Source of the DNA: a bacterium
GTDB lineage: Bacteria; Bacillota_I; Bacilli_A; RFN20; CAG-826
DNA length: 64,000 bases
Reading direction: 5' to 3'
Assembly: GCA_963638555.1 (NCBI GenBank)
Contig: CAVHQU010000004.1
Span: 65,993-129,992, forward strand
Shown: one piece after another, positions 30,725-41,029 of the stretch
Position numbering within the stretch: position 1 is the first letter of the stretch
Layout of the letters: every line of letters starts with the position of its first letter
Position numbers and translations under genes: made by a program
The notes under the pieces: model-generated
What the model was told of the DNA's origin: nothing
Database searches by the model: none
The model's input: the letters and a program-made list of their open reading frames with translations, nothing else

Positions 30725-32179
30725 ATGTCTAAGAAAAAATTATTAACTGGCGTACTTGCTGTCTTATCCGCCGCCTTCGTCGCAACTAGCTGTGGCGAAT
30801 CAAACGATAGTGGTAAAACATCGAGCGCTCAAGAATCATCTCAATCAGAACAAAACTCCTCAACAACAACAGATGGACTTGCTAAATTTGATGAACAAGT
30901 CGCTGCACTTGGAGATTTAAAACAACTCTCTTGTGAAGTTACATTCTGGCACACAATCGGAAAAACAAATCAAGAAACGCTTGATTCCATGATTACCGAA
31001 TTTAACAAAGTTTATCCAAACATCAAAATTACCCATTCCCAGCAAGGCGGATACGATGATGTTAAGAGTGCTGTTTCCAATGCTATTCCAGCTGGAACAA
31101 CTCCAACGATGACATATTGCTATCCTGATCATGTCGCCGATTATCTTCCATCTGATTCAGTTGTCAAACTTGATAACTATATGAATTCTTCCTTAATTGG
31201 CTTAGGCGTTGATAACGGTCTTGATGATAAAGGCGCATCCGATTTCATCCAAACATATCTTTCCGAAGGAAATAACTATACAGTCAATGGTAAAAAGGTT
31301 GAAGGCTACTATTCCATGCCTTTCTCCAAATCCACAGAAGTCCTTTTCTACAACAAAGACGTTTTCGAAGAAAATAGCTGGGAAGTCCCTCAAACATGGG
31401 ATCAAATGTGGACTCTTTGCAAAGAAGCAAAAGAAATCTATGGTGATAGCGTAATCCCTCTTGGATATGACTCTGATGCCAATTTCTTCATCACATATTG
31501 CGCACAAAATAATATTCCATATACAACAGGTGAAGGAAACGAACACTTCCTTTTCAATAACGATCAAGCAAAAGCCTTTGTTAACACAATCAAAGATTAT
31601 TCTTGCGTTACTGGCGGAAAAGGATACTGGACATCGCAAACACAATTAGGCTCTGGCACATATACATCAACAAAATTTACAAACCAAGAAGTCTTAATGT
31701 CTATCGGTTCAACGGGTGGCACAACATATAACGTTTCTAGCAATTTCGAAACTGGCGTTGCCGCCTTACCACAATCCGACTTAAACAATGGCAAAGTCAT
31801 CATGCAAGGACCTTCCATCTGCTTTATGTCTGATTCCTCTTTATCGCAAAGAGTTGGTGCTTGGTTATTCTACAAATACATCACCAACACCCATAACTCT
31901 GCTATTTGGTCTTCTATGACAGGTTATAACCCAGTTAGAACATCCTCATTCACCGATAGCGCTTATGCAACATCCAAATATTCTTTAGTCAACACTGTTC
32001 TTAATTTTGCAGGCACAGGATCTTCTTATGCAGATTGGTATTACACATCACCATCTTTCAAAGGATCGTCTGCTGCACGTTCAGAAATCACCAGCTTAAT
32101 GTCCGGTGTTTTGACTGGCACAAAGACAGTTGACCAAGCATTTGAAGACGCATATCAAAACTGCTTATTCGCAGCTTAA
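30725..32179 (+). CDS. ABC substrate-binding lipoprotein, CUT1 family (paralog A)
   Basis: Lipobox VATSCGES and a Ser-rich linker, then a type-2 periplasmic binding fold (VTFWHTIGK...). The ORF track starts at 30713. The ATG at 30725 sits downstream of GGAG. Confidence 0.8.
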   Translation: MSKKKLLTGVLAVLSAAFVATSCGESNDSGKTSSAQESSQSEQNSSTTTDGLAKFDEQVAALGDLKQLSCEVTFWHTIGKTNQETLDSMITEFNKVYPNIKITHSQQGGYDDVKSAVSNAIPAGTTPTMTYCYPDHVADYLPSDSVVKLDNYMNSSLIGLGVDNGLDDKGASDFIQTYLSEGNNYTVNGKKVEGYYSMPFSKSTEVLFYNKDVFEENSWEVPQTWDQMWTLCKEAKEIYGDSVIPLGYDSDANFFITYCAQNNIPYTTGEGNEHFLFNNDQAKAFVNTIKDYSCVTGGKGYWTSQTQLGSGTYTSTKFTNQEVLMSIGSTGGTTYNVSSNFETGVAALPQSDLNNGKVIMQGPSICFMSDSSLSQRVGAWLFYKYITNTHNSAIWSSMTGYNPVRTSSFTDSAYATSKYSLVNTVLNFAGTGSSYADWYYTSPSFKGSSAARSEITSLMSGVLTGTKTVDQAFEDAYQNCLFAA

Positions 32180-32253
32180 TCTTCTTACAACTTTATAGGC
32201 GGGAACTTTTTCTTCCCGCCTATCTTCCAATTTAGACGAGGAAAAATACGATT

Positions 32254-33651
32254 ATGAAAAAGAAAAATATAGCCATACTTATCACGGCAACTCTTCTATC
32301 GCTTGCTTCATGCGGAGGCTCCGATTCATCAGTTAATGGTTCTTCTAGCGCAAGTGAAGAAACTTCATCAAATAATGGTGATGAAAAAGTTACTGTAGAA
32401 TTTTGGCACACAATGGGTAAGGCCAACGCCGATATCCTTGATGGAATGATCAAGTCTTTTGAAGCTCAAAACCCAAATATCACCATTAAAGCAAGCTCAG
32501 CGGCTGGTGGATATGATGATTTAGAGGCTCTTATCCTTAAGAACATTGCTACAAGCACCTTACCAACGATGGCTTTCTGCTATCCAGACCACGTTGCTGA
32601 ATATCTTGAACGTGGCAATAACGGAGCCGTCACTGATTTGACTTCTTTCATCAACGATGCCGAAATCGGATTCACAAAAGAGGAAGGTTCCCATAAAGAT
32701 GAAGAGGGAAATGAAGTCTATGGCGCAGCCGATTATGTAGATACATTCTGGCAAGAAGGCTGCAATTATACAAAAGAAGGCGTCTATAGCGTTCCTTTCG
32801 CAAAATCAACCGAAGCCCTTTTCTATAACAAAGACGCTTTCGATGCCTATGGTTGGGAAGTTCCTCAAACATGGGATCAAATGTGGGCTCTTTGCGAAGA
32901 AATCAAAGAAATGGATATCGATGGAGTTACTGCTCCTTTAGGATATGATTCCGATTCCAATATGTTCATTTCCTTATGCCAACAACAGGGAATCCCTTAC
33001 ACAAGTGCAACAGGCAATCATTATTTATTCGATAATGATAAGGCTAAAGCAATGGTAAGCGATCTTAAAACTAAATATGATGAAGGATTGTTCATCACAA
33101 AAGGCTCTAGCAATAGCACATACACATCTACAAAATTCACAAACCAAGAGGTCTTGATGACGATTGGTTCAACTGGTGGCACCTCATATAACCAATCCGT
33201 CAACTTTGAAGTTGGCGTTGCTGAACCTCCAGCATACGACCTTTCTAATAAAGCCGTCGTTTCCCAAGGACCATCTATTTGTTTCTTCAATGCAAGTGCA
33301 TCTAAGGCCGCATCAAATGCTCAGCTTAGAGCCGCCTGGAAATTCTACAAATTCATCTCATCCGCTGAAAATAGCACACTCTATTCCGTTTCTACTGGTT
33401 ATCAACCGGTAAGAACTTCATCTTATGAGACTGAAACATATAAAACATTCTCTGCAGATACAACAAGCCTTATGAATAAGGTTGCTAAAGTGTCTTCCGG
33501 AATGCTTGATTCATATTTCAATTCACCTGTTTTCGTTGGCTCAGCTAACGCAAGAAATGAAGTTGGCTCTCTTTTGACTGCCGTCCTTCTTGGAACAAAA
33601 ACGGTTGACGATGCTTTCGAAAATGCAATTTCCAATTGCGTTAACTCATAA
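32254..33651 (+). CDS. ABC substrate-binding lipoprotein, CUT1 family (paralog B)
   Basis: Lipobox LASCGGS. Aligns with the upstream binding protein along its whole length (VEFWHTMGK..., FYNKDAF, PQTWDQMW, STKFTNQEVLM). Looks like a tandem duplication. Confidence 0.8.
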   Translation: MKKKNIAILITATLLSLASCGGSDSSVNGSSSASEETSSNNGDEKVTVEFWHTMGKANADILDGMIKSFEAQNPNITIKASSAAGGYDDLEALILKNIATSTLPTMAFCYPDHVAEYLERGNNGAVTDLTSFINDAEIGFTKEEGSHKDEEGNEVYGAADYVDTFWQEGCNYTKEGVYSVPFAKSTEALFYNKDAFDAYGWEVPQTWDQMWALCEEIKEMDIDGVTAPLGYDSDSNMFISLCQQQGIPYTSATGNHYLFDNDKAKAMVSDLKTKYDEGLFITKGSSNSTYTSTKFTNQEVLMTIGSTGGTSYNQSVNFEVGVAEPPAYDLSNKAVVSQGPSICFFNASASKAASNAQLRAAWKFYKFISSAENSTLYSVSTGYQPVRTSSYETETYKTFSADTTSLMNKVAKVSSGMLDSYFNSPVFVGSANARNEVGSLLTAVLLGTKTVDDAFENAISNCVNS

Positions 33652-33668
33652 TTTAGCGAGGTAAGAAT

Positions 33669-35174
33669 ATGAAAATGAAAAAGAAATTAATTGGTTGCTT
33701 GCTTTCAGGCCTCTTCCTTTGCTCGGTAGCATCCTGCGGTAGCAATGATTCTAGCAATACAGCCCCAAGTTCCGAAACCCAAACATCATCTAAAACTGAT
33801 GAAGTGGTTTCATCCAGCTCTGAGCAAACTCAATTCGTTGATTATACAGCCACAACAAAATTAACTTATGATTACACCGGTAAAGAATTCTTAAAAGATG
33901 GTATCGGTGAAGTTACATTGGTCACAAAAGTTGATGGCGATACAGCTCATTTCAAATCTAAAACAGGCTCTTCTGGCACAATCAAAGGCAGATACAACTG
34001 CATTGATACACCTGAATCCACAGGTATGATCGAGCCATGGGGCCATGGCGCATCAGAATACAATGGCAAACTTCTTTCTGAAGCAAAGCATATCGTTTTA
34101 ACCACAGATAAAGCAGATTCAACCTCTGGACCAGCTCTTGATTCCACTGGTGGAAGATATCTCGTATATGTTTGGGTTGCCAATGTTGAAAATCCAACAT
34201 TAGATGATTTTATCAATGTTAACCTTGCTATTTGCCAAGAAGGATATTCCAAAGCAAAAGGCGTTTCTGGAAAAGAATATGCCGATGCGTTCCTTAACGC
34301 TGATATCCAAGCAAAAGCCTTCCAACTTCATGTTTGGAGCGATGAACAAGACCCGGATTATAACTATTCTGATCCAGTCAAGATTGACTTACGCATGATT
34401 GTCGAAGGATTTGATTCTGAAGGTAATGAATACGACTGGGTTGGTTCAAAAGTAACATTCAACGCTTATGTTGCAGGTGTTGGCCCTGATGCTGGCGCCG
34501 CATATGTCTGCGATGATGTCACATGGACCGACACAGATGGAGAACATACTCAAAGATATGGTATGTATATCTTCACGCAATATATTGTTTATGCTCCATT
34601 ACAAACAATTGGAAACTACCTTGAAATTTCAGGTACGGTTTCCGAATACAACGGAACATTACAAGTCGTAGATGTCTCTTATTCACCATATTATCCAGAT
34701 GATTATGATATTAAAGTCATCTCAACTGGTCATACTGACAAAGTTCAACCATTCACTGGATCTGCTGGAACATTTGCATCAGACAAGTATGTCAACACGA
34801 TGGTAACAGTTGATCTTGTTTGCACAGGCGGGTATGCAACTCTTAATACTGCAACATCCACTGCATATGCTTTCACTTTATATTGCCATGATAAAAACAA
34901 TACTTCAGAACAATTAAATATCCGTATTGCTGATTCAATCGCTATCAACTATCCAGGTACATTATCTCGTATCCAAGATTGTATCCCATTCTGGAAAGGT
35001 GAAAAATCCATTGCCGAAGCACTTAATAATGGCAAGAACACCGATTCTAGAAAGGTTGAATACATAACAATTACCGGAGCCGTAGTCAAATATGTCACTA
35101 CATCTGGTAAGACCACATACCAGGTCAATCTTACAAAGAAAGCAGATTTGACCCTTCACATGAGTGAAGAATAA
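33669..35174 (+). CDS. Surface lipoprotein nuclease, staphylococcal-thermonuclease (SNase) family, with a C-terminal beta-rich extension
   Basis: Lipobox VASCGSN. SNase catalytic and Ca-binding core VDGDTAHF...GRYNCIDTPE...GGRYLVYVW...N..L...G.AK, ending ...DPDYNY. About 250 further residues follow. Confidence 0.8.
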   Translation: MKMKKKLIGCLLSGLFLCSVASCGSNDSSNTAPSSETQTSSKTDEVVSSSSEQTQFVDYTATTKLTYDYTGKEFLKDGIGEVTLVTKVDGDTAHFKSKTGSSGTIKGRYNCIDTPESTGMIEPWGHGASEYNGKLLSEAKHIVLTTDKADSTSGPALDSTGGRYLVYVWVANVENPTLDDFINVNLAICQEGYSKAKGVSGKEYADAFLNADIQAKAFQLHVWSDEQDPDYNYSDPVKIDLRMIVEGFDSEGNEYDWVGSKVTFNAYVAGVGPDAGAAYVCDDVTWTDTDGEHTQRYGMYIFTQYIVYAPLQTIGNYLEISGTVSEYNGTLQVVDVSYSPYYPDDYDIKVISTGHTDKVQPFTGSAGTFASDKYVNTMVTVDLVCTGGYATLNTATSTAYAFTLYCHDKNNTSEQLNIRIADSIAINYPGTLSRIQDCIPFWKGEKSIAEALNNGKNTDSRKVEYITITGAVVKYVTTSGKTTYQVNLTKKADLTLHMSEE

Positions 35175-35207
35175 TTAGGTTTTATCTTCAGGAAGGAGAA
35201 ATTATAA

Positions 35208-37598
35208 ATGAAGAAAAAAATAAACATCTTAGTATTGGCTTCCGCCTTTGCTATGCTCGGACTCACAGCTTGTGGAACAACCACAGATTCCACTGCTAGT
35301 TCCGAAGCTGCCTCTTCACAAGCAGCATCTAGCTCATCATCAGCTGACGTTTGCGCGCTTACAGATGAGATCGTATCTCTTGCAGAAAAGGCCTACAATG
35401 GCGTTGCTACAACATATAGCAGCTGGTCATCTTCTGGTGTTACAGGCAACCAAACATTAACTGGTTCAGCAAAGAAGACGAATACTGATGGAACAAAGAC
35501 ATATAACTTTGATCTTATCTACTCCATCGATGCCAAATATTCTGACAACTTAACAATCCTTGGTGACACACTCGTTGTCACATGCCCAAATTCCTTAAAG
35601 GGTGGCACAGACGTTCAAGCAAAAGTTCACGTCCAAGTTTTATTAGATGGCTGTGATGAAGTCGCTTATGAAACGGATATCAATGTTTTAGTTAAAGCAA
35701 TCGCCCAAATGGATTTAGCCTACATCTATTCCACCGATGAAAATGGTGACAAGGTTGTTAAAAACAATTCCTCCGTTTCCTTCAATGCTATTTATATGGG
35801 TATGTATCCTTCACAAGGTGCAATCTTTGGCGATGGCGAATATGCAATTCTTGCTTATAAGACAACTTCGCTTGATGAAAGTATCAAAGTTGGTGATGCA
35901 GTTGCCGTTACAGGTACAATCTCCGATTACAGCGGTCTCCGTGAACTTTCTTCAAGCGGCACAACAGTCACAAAACTCACAGATAGACCAGCAGATCTCA
36001 AAGATCCAGTCACTCTTGATTTCTCATCCACAACAGCCCGTGCTTTAAAATGGGGCGACGACAATAGATATGCCTCCATTACTGGCGCTAAAGTCACAAA
36101 CGTTTCTAACTCTTCCTCCGGTAACCTCACCGTTACAGTTTCTTTAAACGGAAACTCTTATGCAGTCTTCATGAATGCAACATATTCTGCTGATGTTATC
36201 GACTCTTGGAAACATACAAGAAGTGGTGCAGAAGAAGCAACAGTTGTCGAAGCTGGCGATATCGTTTCCTTTACAGGTTATGTCTCCGCTTATAACAATG
36301 TCTATCAATTCGTTTATGGCGATTGCACATCCTGGGAAGAAGCTCCTATCTCCGTTTCTGCTCCATCTCAATTACTCGTTAACGAAACTGGCAAGATCAC
36401 CACAACATTAAGAGGTGGTGTTGTTCCAACAACAGTCACATATTCTTCTTCCAATTCCGAAGTTGTCTCCGTTTCTGATGATGGAACAGTCAAGGGCTTA
36501 AAGAAAGGTGAAGCAACAATCACCGTTACAGCCACTGGCACAGTTGATAACGAAACAGTCACAAAGACTGATTCAGTCACAATTACTGTTGCTGAAATCG
36601 CACCTGTTAAAAAGACAATTGCTGAACTCAATGCTCTTGTTGCTGCTGAAACAGACACATCTTCCTATGCTTGGTTTACAGATGATATCTATCAAGTTAC
36701 CGGTATCTTCGAAGGATATACTGGTGATGCATATGGCAATGGCTATCTAACTGATGCCACAACTGGCGAAACAATCAAGATCTATGGTCTTTCTGGCACA
36801 GCCAACAATGGCTTCACATATACTTCTGGAAAATGGTCTTATAGCAATCCAAAAGATGCCGCTACAACATTAGCCGATGTCAAGAATGGTGAAGAAGTCA
36901 CATTAAACGTCATGCTTGAAAATGCTAAAGGCACAGCCAACATCGCTGGTTCTGTTATCTCCCATACAACATCCACAAACACATATGCTTCAACAATCTC
37001 TGTTGGCGAGCATGGTACAGCCGCATTAAGCTCAACTGATGCAGCCGCTTATGGCACAAAGATCACTGTCACAGCAACTCCAGCTGATGGATACGTTGTT
37101 GATTCAGTCAAAGTTAAGACAGCCTATGGCACAACAACTCTTGATGCAGCAGAAGATGGAACATATTCCTACACTGTTACATGCAAGAATGAAGTCACTG
37201 TTTCTTTCAAAGAGAAACCAGTTGCTGGTGCAGAAACGACAGTCACATTAGGAGTTTCTGATTTCACGGCTGTTTCAACGGCTGGCGCAATAGATCAAAC
37301 CGTTAAAGGCTTTAGATTTGAAATAAGCAATGGATTAATTTCCAGCGAAATTAGGCTCTACCAAAATAAGACGATCACTATTAGTACTACACTTGGTACA
37401 ATGACAAAGATTGTGTTTACTACCGCTTCCAGTAAACCAGCATCCGGATTCGGAACCGACAATGCAGATTTAACGATTTCAAGCGATAAATTAACTGCTA
37501 CATGGGCACCTGCAACGGGTGCAAATACCGTTACTTTGACGGCCGCTTCTGCACAAGTTAGAATTACCGCTATTGCAATTACTTATAAGGTTGCTTAA
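35208..37598 (+). CDS. Large multidomain surface lipoprotein (OB-fold-like modules plus Big_2)
   Basis: Lipobox LTACGTT and a Ser/Ala-rich linker. OB-like blocks (AVAVTGTISDYSGLREL, IVSFTGYVSAYNNVYQF, YQVTGIFEGYTGDAYGNGYL) and a Big_2 block (TVTYSSSNSEVVSVSDDGTVKGLKKGEATITVTA). Confidence 0.7.
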   Translation: MKKKINILVLASAFAMLGLTACGTTTDSTASSEAASSQAASSSSSADVCALTDEIVSLAEKAYNGVATTYSSWSSSGVTGNQTLTGSAKKTNTDGTKTYNFDLIYSIDAKYSDNLTILGDTLVVTCPNSLKGGTDVQAKVHVQVLLDGCDEVAYETDINVLVKAIAQMDLAYIYSTDENGDKVVKNNSSVSFNAIYMGMYPSQGAIFGDGEYAILAYKTTSLDESIKVGDAVAVTGTISDYSGLRELSSSGTTVTKLTDRPADLKDPVTLDFSSTTARALKWGDDNRYASITGAKVTNVSNSSSGNLTVTVSLNGNSYAVFMNATYSADVIDSWKHTRSGAEEATVVEAGDIVSFTGYVSAYNNVYQFVYGDCTSWEEAPISVSAPSQLLVNETGKITTTLRGGVVPTTVTYSSSNSEVVSVSDDGTVKGLKKGEATITVTATGTVDNETVTKTDSVTITVAEIAPVKKTIAELNALVAAETDTSSYAWFTDDIYQVTGIFEGYTGDAYGNGYLTDATTGETIKIYGLSGTANNGFTYTSGKWSYSNPKDAATTLADVKNGEEVTLNVMLENAKGTANIAGSVISHTTSTNTYASTISVGEHGTAALSSTDAAAYGTKITVTATPADGYVVDSVKVKTAYGTTTLDAAEDGTYSYTVTCKNEVTVSFKEKPVAGAETTVTLGVSDFTAVSTAGAIDQTVKGFRFEISNGLISSEIRLYQNKTITISTTLGTMTKIVFTTASSKPASGFGTDNADLTISSDKLTATWAPATGANTVTLTAASAQVRITAIAITYKVA

Positions 37599-37615
37599 TC
37601 GCATCTAATCATCTT

Positions 37616-37645
37616 AGCCCTTTCTTAACTGAAAGGGCTTTTTCA
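37616..37645 (+). terminator. Rho-independent terminator
   Basis: AGCCCTTTC-ttaact-GAAAGGGCT followed by TTTTT. Confidence 0.55.
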
Positions 37646-37712
37646 TATATAAAATATATGAGTAGATACTCTTGTTGTTGAAAAATCTTCTCTATTTCAT
37701 TAAACTTTTCTT

Positions 37713-38537
37713 ATGAATAAGATAGTGAAAACATTAATAATTCCATTCTCAATCCTAACTTTAGTTGGATGTAATGGAACTACTGCATCGGAAACATCCG
37801 ATAACTCTTCTACGGAAGTCTCTTCTAGCGTTGAAGGAAATAACAATTTAAGCATAGCCCTTGACTGGTTCATTGGTAGCGTCAATACGGTTGCGGCTTA
37901 TAATTTCTTTGATGCAACAGCAAAGCCAAGAGCAACATCAGTTTTCTTGGAAGATGGTTGCTACACTACATATCGTAATTTTACAAACCTCGAAAATACT
38001 GGTTTGATCAACATCTCCTCCGCTTTAGCGACCAAATATGGTCTTGAAGAAGGAGTCTATTCTTGGACTAAGGAAAATTCCTCTTTAGCCATTGGAAGCA
38101 AAGTTGGTGAAGGAACATATCAAGATCTTTATCACTATCCAATGGAGATTGCCGTAAACAAAACAGATTACATTCACTCTTTTCATCATGAATCTGAAAA
38201 CGAAAAAACAGACTCTAAAGCAGAAAACAAACTAACTGATTCCGCTAAGAGTTTATTAAATGGCTATTTCACATTAAATAAAATATTCAAAGACGAAGAT
38301 TCAGAAAAGATGCTTATGAGCTTTGCTAAATCATTAGGCGTTTATGAAATTCTTACTCAAGCCGATATGGAACTTAATTATGCAAAAATCTATTTCGGTC
38401 CAAGTGCTAATACTATGAATGTTACCTTCTATACTCAATATAGAGGAGGCTATTCTTCGTACGAAACAACCGTTACATGTTCTCAATTTGGCACAGCAAA
38501 GATTGCCGAATTAACATCTTACATTGAGGCTGAATGA
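37713..38537 (+). CDS. Lipoprotein of unknown function
   Basis: Lipobox LTLVGCNGT and a Ser-rich linker. 274 aa. ATGA overlap with the downstream nuclease gene. Confidence 0.6.
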   Translation: MNKIVKTLIIPFSILTLVGCNGTTASETSDNSSTEVSSSVEGNNNLSIALDWFIGSVNTVAAYNFFDATAKPRATSVFLEDGCYTTYRNFTNLENTGLINISSALATKYGLEEGVYSWTKENSSLAIGSKVGEGTYQDLYHYPMEIAVNKTDYIHSFHHESENEKTDSKAENKLTDSAKSLLNGYFTLNKIFKDEDSEKMLMSFAKSLGVYEILTQADMELNYAKIYFGPSANTMNVTFYTQYRGGYSSYETTVTCSQFGTAKIAELTSYIEAE

Positions 38538-39754
38538 TGAAGAAAAAGGCAGGCTTACTATCTTTATTTGCTGTAACTCTTCTTTTTTCCTGCGGAAAAA
38601 AAACTAACGTTGCCTCCTCAAAAGATGAAACTTCTTCCTCCATTGAGGAGATTTCTTCTTCAACAAATGGAGGGCTTACTTTTAAGTCTGGCTCATCCTT
38701 GATATTCACAGAATTTTTCAAAGGAAGCTTTACTTCAGATAGAGCCATTGAAATTGGCAATATCGGAAATTCCTCGATCGATTTAAGCAAATATTCAATC
38801 GTCATTTATAAATCTGGTTCATATGACAATCCCTACGAGATTAAACTAAGCGGAACGTTAGATGCGAAATCCACGTATGTTATCGCTTATAAAAATGCTA
38901 ATGAATCAATCAAAAATGCTGCTAATCAACTAGATGATGAACTTCCAAATATTGGTTCATATCCGATGATTATTACGGATGGAACATATTTCTATGACAC
39001 ATTAGGCACATTAGGCTATTCGATTTCTTACTGTGGTGATCTTGATTTAGTCAGAAAAAATGAATACATGGTCGGGCAAGAAAAGTTCGAAGCCTATGAT
39101 TGGATTGGCTACTCAAATACAGAATATTCACGTTTAGGCGTTCTTGAATGCCCTCTTTCTGAAGAAGAACTCCTTGAAGGTCCAAGAATTGATGAACCAT
39201 ATAAAAATTCTTCATTCTTTAAAGAAGGCTCCACAACACTTGGTGGTGGAGGATATATCGATGTCACCGTTAAATCATTAGTTGATGGTGATACGACTAA
39301 ATTCTATTATCCCGACGAAGTTAACAACGCCGGATATCCAGATGGTACAAGCGTTCGTTATGAAAACATCGATACGCCAGAAATATACCATGGTGGAAAT
39401 TCCCCTGCAGATCCTTGGGGTGATGCAGCTAAAGATTTCACCAATGGCTTATTAAACAAAGCTAAACGCATAAGACTTCAATCTTTACCAGATGTCTCGA
39501 TCACTGAAACATATGGCAGATTGTTGCTCTATGTTTGGGCTTCAAATGAAGATAGTGGTGATGATTCATTCTACATGGTCAATCACCAAATAGTCTTAAA
39601 TGGCTATTCTAATGTAGCATTCTCTGGGGATACATCTTCAAAGATGCTCTACAAAGGAATCTCTTATTATCAATTCCTTATCGATGCACAAAATAAAGCA
39701 GCAAAAGAAGGATTGAAGATACATGGCGAAAAAGATCCTAATTACAATTATTAA
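38534..39754 (+). CDS. Lipoprotein nuclease: lamin-tail-like domain fused to an SNase thermonuclease domain
   Basis: Lipobox LLFSCGKK. LTD-like block LIFTEFFKGSFTSDRAIEIGNIGNSSIDLSKYSIVIY. SNase core LVDGDTTKFYY...VRYENIDTPE...YGRLLLYVWA, ending ...DPNYNY like the first nuclease. Confidence 0.8.
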   Translation: MMKKKAGLLSLFAVTLLFSCGKKTNVASSKDETSSSIEEISSSTNGGLTFKSGSSLIFTEFFKGSFTSDRAIEIGNIGNSSIDLSKYSIVIYKSGSYDNPYEIKLSGTLDAKSTYVIAYKNANESIKNAANQLDDELPNIGSYPMIITDGTYFYDTLGTLGYSISYCGDLDLVRKNEYMVGQEKFEAYDWIGYSNTEYSRLGVLECPLSEEELLEGPRIDEPYKNSSFFKEGSTTLGGGGYIDVTVKSLVDGDTTKFYYPDEVNNAGYPDGTSVRYENIDTPEIYHGGNSPADPWGDAAKDFTNGLLNKAKRIRLQSLPDVSITETYGRLLLYVWASNEDSGDDSFYMVNHQIVLNGYSNVAFSGDTSSKMLYKGISYYQFLIDAQNKAAKEGLKIHGEKDPNYNY

Positions 39755-39769
39755 AGAAGGAGAAGAGGT

Positions 39770-40327
39770 ATGAAAACATATTGCAAAGAATGTTTGAAAA
39801 AGAATAAAAGCTCCACTGGAGTATGTCCTCATTGTGGAAATGAGATGGTAACGACTCTTAATGGTGAAGAAGAAATCAGACCTTTTGTTCAAAAATTGCA
39901 CAAAAGAACAAATGATTTAAGACACTATATTAGTCATTCCTTATCATCTGTTGTCATTGGAGCGATATTATTAGTCATTGCTTTCTTCTTCTATTATCTT
40001 TCCTTCACATCTTCGACTGATCCTGACACATCTGAAAAAATATATGTCGTCAACACTGGATGCTCTGAATTCTGGGTTTCCATGGTTGCTTTAGCGATTG
40101 GCGGAGTCGCCTTCCTTGCTGGTGTCATCATCTCTTTTGTAATTTATCGTCAAAAGAGACAAGTTTTAGCTGATATTGATCATATTCGTGAAACCGGTAA
40201 CTTAGAAACAAAGCCAGTTAAATTGGTTATTGTTGTCTGGTTTGAAAAACTTATCGCATCAATAAAACACCTTATTTGGGTTAGTAAATACAAGAAATCC
40301 CACAAGGCAAAAAAGGAGGACAAATAG
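39770..40327 (+). CDS. Zinc-ribbon membrane protein (CxxC...CxxC N-terminus, 2 TM)
   Basis: CKEC...CPHCG in the first 25 residues, two hydrophobic helices, Lys-rich C-terminus. Confidence 0.55.
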   Translation: MKTYCKECLKKNKSSTGVCPHCGNEMVTTLNGEEEIRPFVQKLHKRTNDLRHYISHSLSSVVIGAILLVIAFFFYYLSFTSSTDPDTSEKIYVVNTGCSEFWVSMVALAIGGVAFLAGVIISFVIYRQKRQVLADIDHIRETGNLETKPVKLVIVVWFEKLIASIKHLIWVSKYKKSHKAKKEDK

Positions 40328-40328
40328 T

Positions 40329-41027
40329 ATGGCAAAGAATTTAGTCTCTACCCTTGAAGAAGACAATTTTCATGAAGAAAACAAAAGATTCTTCTCATTC
40401 GATAAAGAAACATTAAAAAGACCTGGCGTCATTCTCCGTTTATTGGCAATACTCGTCTGTTTGGTTGCCATAATCCTTACGGTTGTCCTTCCTACAGTCA
40501 CGATTGAATATAAGTTCTATTCATCCTCGTCGGAATTTGACAATGCTAGAGCTTTGCTTTTTCCTGCCGAAACAATTTATGGACCTAATGCTTTATTTGG
40601 CGGTGGATATTTCGCGATGTATTTCAAGAGCAACATTATCAAAGGCGTTCACGTCCTTTCTTCCGTTCAAGCTCAATTCAACTGGATTTTATTCATCTTG
40701 TTGATCTTCATGGTTGCATTTATGGTTCTTGGCTTGTTTGTTACATTCACGAAGAAGATGGAAAAATTCTCCAAATTAACAACCTTAGGATTTGCCATTG
40801 GCGCATTTGCTGCTATAGCATCTCCTGTTTGGTTCATGGTCACTAATAATATTGGTAATGATTATGCCGTTTCGACCACGACTTTGACAAGATATTGGAC
40901 TTACGATTCTTTTTATTGTCATTGTTCTTGGGGAGCAATTGTTGCTGCTATTGTCTTTATTATTGCAGCCGTCTTGTTTGGCGTTGGAAGTGGCTTAGAA
41001 AACAAAGGTGGAGAAAGAGGTAGATAA
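40329..41027 (+). CDS. Polytopic membrane protein (about 4 TM), unknown function
   Basis: Four hydrophobic segments. Starts 2 nt after the previous gene. Confidence 0.55.
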   Translation: MAKNLVSTLEEDNFHEENKRFFSFDKETLKRPGVILRLLAILVCLVAIILTVVLPTVTIEYKFYSSSSEFDNARALLFPAETIYGPNALFGGGYFAMYFKSNIIKGVHVLSSVQAQFNWILFILLIFMVAFMVLGLFVTFTKKMEKFSKLTTLGFAIGAFAAIASPVWFMVTNNIGNDYAVSTTTLTRYWTYDSFYCHCSWGAIVAAIVFIIAAVLFGVGSGLENKGGERGR

Positions 41028-41029
41028 TT

